Of a DNA stretch of 64,000 nucleotides, positions 40,245 through 50,845 are shown piece by piece; position 1 is the stretch's first letter, and the number at the start of each line of letters is the position of its first letter. This DNA comes from Octopus sinensis (lineage: Eukaryota). The translations under genes and the position numbers were made by a program. The notes beneath the pieces were generated by a model that worked only from the letters and a program-made list of their open reading frames with translations, ran no database searches and was not told where the DNA came from. The stretch lies in assembly GCF_006345805.1 (NCBI RefSeq), contig NC_043010.1, forward strand, positions 38,874,001-38,938,000, given 5' to 3'.

Positions 40245-40400
40245 ACGCTTGGCTGTGTGATAAGACGCTAGCTTCCCAACCACATGGTTTCAGGTTCAGT
40301 CCCACTTCATGGGTCCTTGGGAGAGTCTTTTCTACTATAGTCTCGGGCCGACCAAAGCCTTGTGAATGGATTTGGTAGATGGAAACTGAAAGAAGCCCGG
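40245..40400 (+). mobile_element. SINE 5' half running into (TA)n
   Basis: ggctgtgtgataagacgctagcttcccaaccacatgg...ggaaactgaaagaagcccg. Confidence 0.8.
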
Positions 40401-40407
40401 TGTATAC

Positions 40408-40485
<78 letters not shown>

Positions 40486-40500
40486 TTATATATATATATG

Positions 40501-40562
<62 letters not shown>

Positions 40563-42720
40563 ATATGTATGCATGTATGTATATATGAGAATGAAGTAAA
40601 ATGGCAGACAATAGGTTCGCGTGGTGTGCGTGCGAGCTCGCGTCCGTTTGATTTAAGTACATACATGGTTAAATACAAACTCTTATGAATATTACACCTA
40701 TTGCCGGAGCCGTTATCTTCTCACTCATTTTAAGTCTTGGCAATAGTCTTTGCTTTCATGATGAAACTGATTTTCTACATTGTTTTAAATTTTACTAATT
40801 GTTAGTAAAATTCATATTTATATAAATGAGTAGAGATACCCTTGAGATAACTTCAATTAACGTACAAGTGTGTGTATATAGCATTTACGAGCGTACGAAA
40901 TGTGGAACAATACTAAGCGTGATATTTTGTGTCAGAGAAAGATTAAGAAAAAAAATTGTCTATTAAAAATTCAAGGCTTTTTTACTCCCCTCATTGACAA
41001 ATCACCCAGGTGTTCTGATTCAAGCTGAAAATGCAAGTCCTGATATAGAATTTCGTGAACAACACAGCAACCGATTTGTGCGAAAGGTTGCCATGCTGGA
41101 AATAAATTAGCATAAACAGTTGAAACAACCTCAGATTAAAATATCAGTGTATTAACATTTAAAATATGAATGCAAACATGTTTCTCTCAGAGAAACATCT
41201 CAAAGAGATTTTTGTGTTTAAAAGCCCAAAGTTTCGCTCAGAAACCTGGATGATCAGCATATACCAAGGAATCGGCATATACCACCAAAGGATCCACCGG
41301 CATTCTGCGTAGAGCCCCGTCATTCTAACACACAAGTCTCTCAGTCAAAATATCAGCGCTTGTGTCGTTCCAAGTTTGTATTTTCATTATAGATATCATA
41401 CACCCCGGTAGTTATACATTTGCTGAATATGTTCAAAATCTTTTAAGCATGCTCTTTTTATCGCATTTTATGTGATTACATCATATACTAGCGAAGAAGA
41501 GTAGCTGTAGTGACACCTAAACTGATTCGATAGTGAAACAGGGAGCGAACTTTACTTTTGAATTCCCCTGTTACTTTTTAAATTGTCACCACATGATCTC
41601 TGGTGCAATACTCAATATAGATGGTCGAAATTCAAGCAGTGTAGAATCTTTAGACTCTTTAGAAGCTTTAGAAACTTTAGAAGCTGTAGACTCTCTTTAT
41701 TAATGCCATCGGGTGAACCAACAGTTGAAAGATCTATGATATCGTTCGGCAAGCAATTCGGATTAATAAAATCGCGAGCTTCATTCTATTATGGTGTTTT
41801 AATGTCCAAAGTATTAGCTAAGAAGGAGGTTTTATTGTATATGATATCGCTGCGCAATAGAACAGCAAATATTTCTTCGTACAATACGATACTTTAAAAT
41901 CTCGTCGTTGCACCTGATGAAGAAATCTTAATATAATCGCTCAACTTTCTAATTGTCGCGGCGAAAGCCTGTTCAGTTTCTTTTCAATGATTAATTCAAA
42001 GGAAACAGAATAATATATATTATATAGCAGTTCGAGATGCTCAATTTATCAACCGCACGCACCTGCTACAAATTATAAATTGAATTTTAAATTGTTACAC
42101 TGTGAGTCATTATATAATGAATTTAAAATTGTTACCCTTCATGTCAAGCAATTTGTAAGGATGCTTGACATGGAGCAAAGTACAGTGAGAAATTTACTTC
42201 AATAAATCGCGATAGTTTATAGAGTTTCCCAAGAGATTTTCAGAGTTGTCATTCGACTAGACCAACAAAATGAACCAAGTAAATCTCCATCCAATAAAGT
42301 CACACCCAGGCAGGTGTCCAATCTGTTAGAAATGGCGACCCTGTATCCTTTAGATAATGTCGTAAAATCGTATGCCAGCTTGATTAGGATTAAAAGCAAA
42401 AACCGCTACACTAATATCCTAATTCGAATAGAACTTATACTTTCCACTGTATTGCATTTACTTATTTCGGTCAACAGATTGCCACCATGTTGTACCATCT
42501 TGAAAGATTTCACCGAACAAATCGCTCCTCGGAGGTATTTTTAAGCATGGTTGTTACTTTATTCGTCTCTTTTCCCTAAATGCTAATTTGCAGAGCCATA
42601 AACAAACCAAGGTCGGTTATCCAACAGTGTTGCGCGATCGAACACTAGCACAAACACACACAAACACACACACACACACACACACACAAACATACACACA
42701 CATATACCTACCTACATATG

Positions 42721-42785
<65 letters not shown>

Positions 42786-43115
42786 CATAGATACATATAA
42801 ATTGTATACATACATGGTGACAGGGACCGTAATCGCAGGGAAAGCAGCTGTCAAGATATTTTCAGGCTTATCAGTAAGTTTCGGCCTTCGCCGTAGCCCC
42901 TTCATTGGGATCGGCCCGACTCGGCTAATTCTGGACGACTCTTTTTGTGTGATTTGTGTGATTACGGTTCCTGTCAGCATGTATGTATACGACTATGTGC
43001 TTTGAATGCAGCATTAGAACGTTTAGCTCTTATTTCTAGCAACGTATTTTTAAGGAAGGTTATAGTTCTCTTGGCTGGTATACGTATGCTTACAGCTGCC
43101 TAAATATATTATTTA

Positions 43116-43151
<36 letters not shown>

Positions 43152-43488
43152 TATATATACATAGATACATATAAATTGTATACATACATGGTGACAGGGA
43201 CCGTAATCGCAGGGAAAGCAGCTGTCAAGATATTTTCAGGCTTATCAGTAAGTTTCGGCCTTCGCCGTAGCCCCTTCATTGGGATCGGCCCGACTCGGCT
43301 AATTCTGGACGACTCTTTTTGTGTGATTTGTGTGATTACGGTTCCTGTCAGCATGTATGTATACGACTATGTGCTTTGAATGCAGCATTAGAACGTTTAG
43401 CTCTTATTTCTAGCAACGTATTTTTAAGGAAGGTTATAGTTCTCTTGGCTGGTATACGTATGCTTACAGCTGCCTAAATATATTATTT

Positions 43489-43491
<3 letters not shown>
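42786..43491. repeat. Exact tandem duplication, period 374 bp, bounded by (TA)n
   Basis: 42786-43117 is identical to 43160-43491. Confidence 0.92.
42804..42990. mobile_element. MITE-like element with ~34-bp inverted termini (second copy 43178-43364)
   Basis: gtatacatacatggtgacagggaccgtaatcgca versus the reverse complement of tgtgattacggttcctgtcagcatgtatgtatac: 3 mismatches. Confidence 0.75.
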
Positions 43492-43530
<39 letters not shown>

Positions 43531-43589
43531 GCTAAACACACACATACACCACATATATGGATATATGCATATCGCCATATTCACCCAGA

Positions 43590-43850
43590 CAGTAGGAAGT
43601 TCCTATTCAATGCTGATCACAATGCGCTTTGCATTGCTTTAGCTTTCGAACGATGCAGCCTCACTGGCTAGGCGAGTAGTAAGACATCCTTCATGTGGGC
43701 GAAGTGCCTGTCCGACGCAGGGTTGTTCATTTGCAACTGTGTAAAGTGGAAAGCCAGTGAACTGCAGTTCATTTCTCAAGACCTTAAAGAACGCCCGAGG
43801 CTCACAATCGTGACTGCAACACCGTAACCAACTGGCCAAGTGCCAATCTA
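43590..43850 (-). mobile_element. Degenerate tRNA-headed SINE
   Basis: Tail gctaaagcaatgcaaagcgcattgtgatcagc shared with 49943-50222 and 48520-48630. Confidence 0.65.
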
Positions 43851-44035
43851 TGTATCTATATACACACATATAACATATACACACATAGACATATATGTAA
43901 CATAGCCAAGTTAAAACAAAAAAATGCTTCTCTGCGTATGTGTGTGTATTTGCATGCATACTTACATACATACATACATACATACTTACATGAATTCAAA
44001 TATATACTTGCATACTCATACAAACATTGATTTAC

Positions 44036-44079
<44 letters not shown>

Positions 44080-44124
44080 GTCTATATATATATGTATATA
44101 TATATATATCACTCTCTTTCTATT

Positions 44125-44185
<61 letters not shown>

Positions 44186-44440
44186 GTGTGTGTGTTTGTG
44201 TGTATGTGTTTGTGTGTGTGTGTGTGTGGATAATAGATGTGTTGGTATCTAGAAGACCCAAAATTGCAGGTAAGTTTATGTAAGTGTGACGGAAGGACCA
44301 TAGTTAGACTCTCGGTTCGATTACAGAATGAGTGAGGAGTCTAGTGCGGGTCATGTGTGAGCATATATATGTTAAATAAAATTAGGCAACAAAGCTGAGG
44401 TCGTGAGAAATTTCTAGGACATTTATAAATAGAAAGGTAG

Positions 44441-44486
44441 TCTTACAGATATTTCAGGAATATGAGGGATATCCCTTCATCAGAGA
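44441..44486 (-). ncRNA. Minimal type I hammerhead ribozyme in a putative Penelope-like terminal repeat (~44240-44600)
   Basis: Minus RNA: UCU-CUGAUGA-AGGGAUAU-CCCUC-AUAUUCCU-GAAAU-AUCU-GUA-AGA. 8-bp stem II, 3-bp stem I, U-G in stem III. Confidence 0.72.
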
Positions 44487-45234
44487 GGATATAAGAGAGT
44501 TAAATAGAAGGAATCAGTAGAGTTCCATATAAGAAGTTAATTGGAAAGTGAGAGATGTAGGAAGTATAAAGAGAAATAAAAGAATAAAAATATATGTTGA
44601 ATGTTGCAGTTGCAGTTGCATTATCCAAGGAAAGTGCTGGGTAGAACGGGTAGAAATGCTTCTTGTCCAAATTCGGATAACAGTTCATGTTTTCTTATCT
44701 CAAATGGATAGTGTGGAAACAAAGGTGTCTACAAGAGCGTCGGCGTGAAATATGAAAGACTTTTCTCTTTTGCCTGAGCGTCAAACTAATACATTTGCTT
44801 ATTATTCCTACACCTGTCTCATCATTTTTCAGTAAGTTTGTTCATATAGAAATGTCGCTTTAAATCGGAGAAAATATATATTATTATTATGATATATTAT
44901 TATAGTTAATATTGTAATAATAGACTGACATAATCGCTTTCTCTCCGCAACTTCCAAAGCTTTCTTGATTGTTTATAAATATCATATGTAGTATTAGACA
45001 GTTTAAGTACATATACACGTAAAATTTGGCCAGAATTGATGGGTGAGCGTTTGGCTAATAGGATGCGGTTGTAGCTATGTGGGTTCGATTCTGGCTAGGG
45101 TTACCTCATCAACTTTCAGACAATTTGTTTATATATAAATGTCGCTTTAAATCGGAGAATATGTATACCCACTTTATAATGTTATTAATTAACATGAAAA
45201 TAATTATATGTATTGATGGAAAACCTCTATAAAC

Positions 45235-45316
45235 GGCTGATGATTACTCAACATTTTAAAACTGTTGTAATACTGACAATGTTTAATAAAATGATGTAAC
45301 GTGAAACGATCGTACC
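45235..45316 (+). ncRNA. Decayed type I hammerhead motif
   Basis: GG-CUGAUGA(45237-45243)-UUAC..CAUUUUA...UAAAAUG..GUAA-CGU-GAAAC(45303-45307)-GAUC-GUA-CC; 3 unpaired nt before GAAA and only a 2-bp stem I. Confidence 0.5.
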
Positions 45317-45754
45317 AAATTACCGAAGATATTCTTGTTGCTTATTTTGATTATAATCACCTCGTGGATTTATATGGATAACACCGTACAAAATTCTGGT
45401 GCATCTAACTTAAAGTACCATATTCATTTGAATCTAAATTTTGCTGAATATATATATATGCAAATATACATACGTATATGTACATATACGTCTATACACA
45501 TGGAAAACAAACAGCATAAAGAATGACGCATCATCAGTTGTTGGCTAATTTTCTAGTCTCGCATTTCGACCGTGCCCGCCCCGCATATGCATATATATTA
45601 AGAAAACATCCAACAACTGATGAAGAGTAGCTCTTTATATTTGTTTTGTTATTCATTTATGTCTTTCGTTGTTCAAAACAATAGTTCATGTTCCCTGTAC
45701 TCGTACTTCATAGTTTTTTATTGTATACGTTTCATGACATCCTGTGCCCACATA

Positions 45755-45802
<48 letters not shown>

Positions 45803-45869
45803 CGTATAGATGTATGTACATATATATTTGTATATATGCATATATATGTATATTATTCATAGCATTATA

Positions 45870-46080
45870 TATATATGTCTTTTTTATTCTCTTATTTGTT
45901 TCAGTTATTTGACCGCGGCCATGCTTGGACGCCGCTTTTGGTCGAACAATCTACCCCAGGGCTTATTTTTTCTAAGCCTTGTACTTATTCTGTAGGTCTC
46001 TTTTGTAGAACCGCCTAGTTACGGGGACGTAAACTCACCGACATCAGCTGTTAAGCGATGGTGGTGTGAGAAACATAAAC
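45870..46080 (-). mobile_element. SINE 3' part
   Basis: ttttattctcttatttgtttcagttatttgaccgcggccatgc...gttacggggacgtaaac. Confidence 0.75.
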
Positions 46081-46349
46081 GCACACACACCACACACACA
46101 CATACACATATATGTATATATATATATTTATATATATATATATAAATGTTTAAGTAGTTGAATGAATTATCCTAGTATGGATAATTCGGTTAACCGATAC
46201 CCGGGTAGCAAATTAACGTCAGAAAGCACGGTTGAAGCTACATGCCAAGGGCAGAAATCACGTGCTTTCGTGTGGAAATTTGTGTGTTTTTTTTTACTAT
46301 AGATAAATGAAAGAATGGAGTCGAACGACGATTTAACAAAATTCTTTAT

Positions 46350-46430
46350 TCTCGACACATGTTTCGAAGACTGCATATTCTTAATACCGAAAGAATAAAG
46401 AGTGTATTATGCCGTCTTCTCATCAGGAAA
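46350..46430 (-). ncRNA. Canonical type I hammerhead ribozyme with GUC site
   Basis: Minus RNA: UUUC-CUGAUGA-GAAGAC(G)GCAUA...UAUGC(A)GUCUUC-GAAAC-AUGU-GUC-GAGA; predicted cut between 46354 and 46353. Confidence 0.85.
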
Positions 46431-46471
46431 GACAAGGAACTTATGTCAGCATCATGACGAACAAAAACTTT

Positions 46472-46536
46472 TAGATGACTGCCCACACGGAGTCCATAGT
46501 CATTATCACTATGGACTCCGTGTGGGCAGTCATCTA
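46472..46536. repeat. Perfect 29-bp inverted repeat with 7-nt spacer
   Basis: tagatgactgcccacacggagtccatagt-cattatc-actatggactccgtgtgggcagtcatcta. Confidence 0.95.
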
Positions 46537-46539
46537 TGC

Positions 46540-46695
46540 ATATATATGACGAGCTTTTTCAGTTTCCGTCTACCAAATACGCTCACAAGTGTTTGGTCTT
46601 CCCGAGCCTATAGTGGAAGACACTTGTCAAGGTGGCACGCAGTGGGAAGGAACCCGTACCTAGTGTTTGAGAAGCATGCTTCTTACCACACAGGC
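46540..46695 (-). mobile_element. SINE 5' half
   Basis: Reverse complement gtgcctgtgtggtaagaagcatgc...ccttgacaagtgtcttccactatagg...ggtagacggaaactg. Confidence 0.75.
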
Positions 46696-47393
46696 ACGCA
46701 GAATATATACATACACACAACACACACACACACACACATACACATACACACGCACACACACATATATATAAATTACACAGTGTGTATATAATTAGGCAAC
46801 TGGGTAAATACACAGTTAAATTGACAGGTCAAGCGAAATGCAAATATTCGTGCGAAAGTAGGTGGCCAGTTCGATCATGTGAGGAAGTATATAAAACGCA
46901 CACGATTATAAACCAGGTTCCCTGCAGGATATCTTACGAATAAAAGTTTCTAGAATATTTTAAGTACATGAAATATAAGACTTGTTCTCTGATCAAAAAT
47001 ATATTTAAAATCGGAAAACCAGCGTGAATATCGTTGCTGATAATATTTTATTTGATTTTCGGTTTTCGTATTAAAACTTATTTTCATATAAAAAAAAAAA
47101 ATTTTTACACATAAGGAAAAAAAAAAACAAGTCAAAACGAATACATAGAAATCATATTCGATTGAAAAAATATCAGATGCATGGATCTATGCTTATGGAT
47201 ATTTGAAGTCGAAACGAAAATATATATATGGAATTAAATAAGTCAAGACAAGCATTGACAAACCCACATAATTTCATACATACTGAGTTACATATATGCA
47301 ACTGTTTCCAAGTGCTTATTTAACTAGGAATATATTTGTCGACCACATAATCCATCGCTACCGAAATATCTATATACGTATCTCTTCCTACAC

Positions 47394-47487
<94 letters not shown>

Positions 47488-47624
47488 CATATATATATAA
47501 TCGTTTGTAGGTACTTTTCAGTTGAATTATAAATATATTTTATAAACTTTTAATCACATAGAAATAGTTCAGTAGATGTCTAAATATATATTTCAAAGTT
47601 TGTGTTGCCAAAATTTTAATATAT

Positions 47625-48391
47625 ATGCAGGGTGCTGTAAATATATTACAGTCTAAGGTACGTAAAAATGAAAATAGCACTGGCATCTCATTTTAACGGA
47701 TATTTTTTACCAAAATTACATTGAAATACTGAAACGAAAATTTATTCAATAAAATCACCATTGGCTCCGACCACGGCCTCCAGACGACTTCTGAATCTCC
47801 TGCAACTCTTCTTATTGCTCTCCTCGTTTAAGTTGGTAAAACCTTATCATAATCCTTGCCTTCAGTTCATCTTTGGTGTTACAAAAACTTTTGTTGATCT
47901 ATCGCTCAACTGCGCCCCGCACATAATAATCAAGAGGGTTGCAGTCTGGGGAGTTAGGTGGCCAGATGGTAGGAGTGATGTGGTCTCAGAAATTGTCTGA
48001 CAGTCATGACTGTGTTTTCTTGCATGTGTGGCATGGTGCAGTATCCTGTTGCGAGACATAGTGTCTTCCAGTTCCAGCAGCTACCCTCTTGACTCAGATC
48101 AGTATTAGGGCCTCCAGGCACTTGATGTAGGCGATCAGGTTTTGGGGACACGGCCATCTAACGGTTCTGTGTATTCACCATGTGTTCGTATTGGAGCTTC
48201 CTCCACGAATGCCAAGCAGTACAACATGTTTCCAAATTTCTTTTAGGAGACTGAATTGCGTTATCGTGCTGTTTGTCTCACAGACGGTGCCCAGCTGACC
48301 CTACAATACTATGTAGTCGATAAAATTAAAAACAAACGAAGTGCATGCGCGATATGAAAACTACAAAATGGCAACGATTTTCCCATAGGAA

Positions 48392-48392
<1 letters not shown>
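47625..48392 (-). mobile_element. Internally deleted Tc1/mariner-superfamily transposon (maT/DD37D-like by inference)
   Basis: Minus translation QQDTAPCH...WPPNSPDCNPLDYY...CNTKDELKARIM...RRFRSRLEAVVGANGDFIE. Confidence 0.85.
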
Positions 48393-48458
<66 letters not shown>

Positions 48459-48470
48459 ATATATGCATAC

Positions 48471-48521
<51 letters not shown>

Positions 48522-49331
48522 TGTGATCACTGTGACCGACCAGGCTATCAGATGTTGTTACACATCGCTGGTCACAATGCGCTTCACATTGTTTTAGCCT
48601 TCAAATGACGCCACCCCACTAGCTAAGCGAGCAGGCCAATATATATATGAGAGGTTTTGGTATCCACAAAACCCGAGATGGCAGTGGCAGGTAAGGCTAT
48701 GTAAGTGCTAGAGATTTCACACTGACTTGGCTTTGTTGTGTCATTTTATTTAACACATACACACACACGTACTCACACACAAAACGCACACACACACATA
48801 CATACACACATGTTCACACACATATACTTATATATATATATATGTGTGTGTGTGCGTCACACAGACCTCCCCCCACACACACACAAACACATGGTTAAAA
48901 TTTATTGAGAAAGCAAAAGACGAAGAAAGTGTTATTAATTTGACGCTCGAGAGAAAATGGAAAAGTATTTTACCTTTCAAGGTTACGCTGTTCGACAGAA
49001 AGATATATGTGAAAATAAAGAGAGAATGAAAAACAAAACGTTTATAGTTCAGTGGATCAGCATGGCGAAAGATGGATAAAAAGACGTTCAAATAAAGGGA
49101 GATAATAATGGTGGTGAGATAATAATGAGGGTGATATATTTTGCACATGACATTTACACCTGTAAAAGAGAAAGATATCGCGAAAAATATTTTTAGATGT
49201 GTGAAGATAAAGATATAGAAAAATGATTTTTGCGTATCTGCGTCCATATTGATCAAATCTTACTGCAATGTTTTACTTCAGACGTTCTCACTTCGAAACT
49301 GATTAAGCGTCGTCTTATCTGTTATCTTTTA

Positions 49332-49625
49332 CTAGCAGTATGGCCCGGCGTTGCTCGGGTTTGTAAGGGAAATAACTATATAAGCATTTTTAGAGAGTTA
49401 CTTCCCTTATATAAAACCGAGCGAAAAATGGATTAAAAATGCGGAAAAATGATGGTAAATTTCTTTTTCAATCTAGACGCGCGCTAATACCCAGAAGGGC
49501 TCGATATGAATCATGACTATAAGATACCCGCTTTTGGTTAAACTGCACCGCAAAATGTGGGAGTAGTTAGGAATCTAAATCGAAGGGGACAGACACTCAC
49601 ACAACTACAGTTTTATATATAAAGA
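49332..49625 (-). mobile_element. Non-autonomous Helitron (294 bp)
   Basis: Minus strand begins A|TC, ends with hairpin cccgagcaacgccggg then CTAG|T; inserted in an AT dinucleotide without TSD. Confidence 0.85.
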
Positions 49626-49639
49626 TTTGTTCCAGTTAT

Positions 49640-49850
49640 TAGTCTGCAGCCATGCTGCAGCATCACCTTGAAGAGTATCTAGTCGAACGATTCGAAATCC
49701 GTATTTACTTTTTAAGCCAGGTACTTATTCTATTGATCTCACTTACCAAACCGCTATGTTACGGTTGATGTAAACACACCAGCACCGGTTGGCAAGAGGT
49801 GATGGTGAGAAACATGAATACAAAGACGCACACACACACACACACATACA
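49640..49850 (-). mobile_element. SINE 3' part
   Basis: gcagccatgctgcagcatcacc...ccgctatgttacggttgatgtaaacacaccagcaccggtt. Confidence 0.7.
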
Positions 49851-49890
49851 AACACACGCGCGCGTATATAAATATATATATGTATATATA

Positions 49891-49942
<52 letters not shown>

Positions 49943-49945
<3 letters not shown>

Positions 49946-50222
49946 GAGGTGCAATGGCCCAGTGGTTAGGGCAGCGGACTCGCGGTTTCGATTCCCAGAC
50001 CGGGCGTTGTGAGTGTTTATTGAGCGAAAACACCTAAAGCTTCACGAGGCTCCGACAGGGGGTGGTGGCGATCCCTGCTGTACTCTTTCGCCACAACTTT
50101 CTCTCATTCTTTCTTCTGTTGGCCTGCTCGCTTAGCCAGTGGGGTGGCATCATTTGAAGGCTAAAACAATGTGAGGCGCATTGTGACCAGCGATGTGTAG
50201 CAACATCACGCTGATCACGGTG
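49943..50222 (+). mobile_element. Full-length tRNA-headed SINE
   Basis: ggaggtgcaatggcccagtggttagggcagcggactcgcggtttcgattccc...ggctaaaacaatgtgaggcgcattgtgaccagcg. Confidence 0.85.
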
Positions 50223-50249
50223 ATATATATTTATATATATATATATACA

Positions 50250-50285
<36 letters not shown>

Positions 50286-50644
50286 TGTGTGTGTGTATGT
50301 GTAAATATAAGATCCAGGGACTGAGCTGTAGGGAGAAAGTTAGCTTCAATCAATCCGTAGTAAATATAAAAAAAACGCAACTTTCAGGGACAATAATGGT
50401 TAATTCAGACGGAAGGTTGTTTTCGTATCGAAGTACGCTATACAGAAAAATTCTTTTTATGTTGCTCGGTAGGCAACCAGAGTTTCCATCCCTCTACCAA
50501 ATCTTCTCACAAGGCTTTGGTCAGCCTTAAGCAAGAGTGAAAGGCACATACCCAAGGTGTCACGCTGTGGAACTGAACGCGGAATCACGTGGTTGGAAAT
50601 CCTGCTTCTTACCACACAGCCACACCTTTCCAGAGAAGAGAAAG

Positions 50645-50645
50645 C

Positions 50646-50695
<50 letters not shown>

Positions 50696-50728
50696 TAATA
50701 ATAATAATAATGATATAATAATAATGAA

Positions 50729-50798
<70 letters not shown>

Positions 50799-50845
50799 TA
50801 ATAATAATATAATAATAATAATAAAAATAATAATAATAAACAAAC
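50645..50845. repeat. (AAT)n microsatellite
   Basis: Direct reading. Confidence 0.95.

Noticed and set aside
41583-42544. Non-repetitive ORFs at 41583 and 42217/42314, including an LKxLK-like stretch
   Set aside because: The leucine periodicity comes from a 9-bp ctttagaag-like DNA repeat; no family recognised and splice signals are inconsistent.
42870-42915. AAUGAAG-GGGCU...GGCC-GAAAC inside the MITE (minus strand)
   Set aside because: Core lacks CUGA and no NUH or stem I follows; too degenerate to call a hammerhead.
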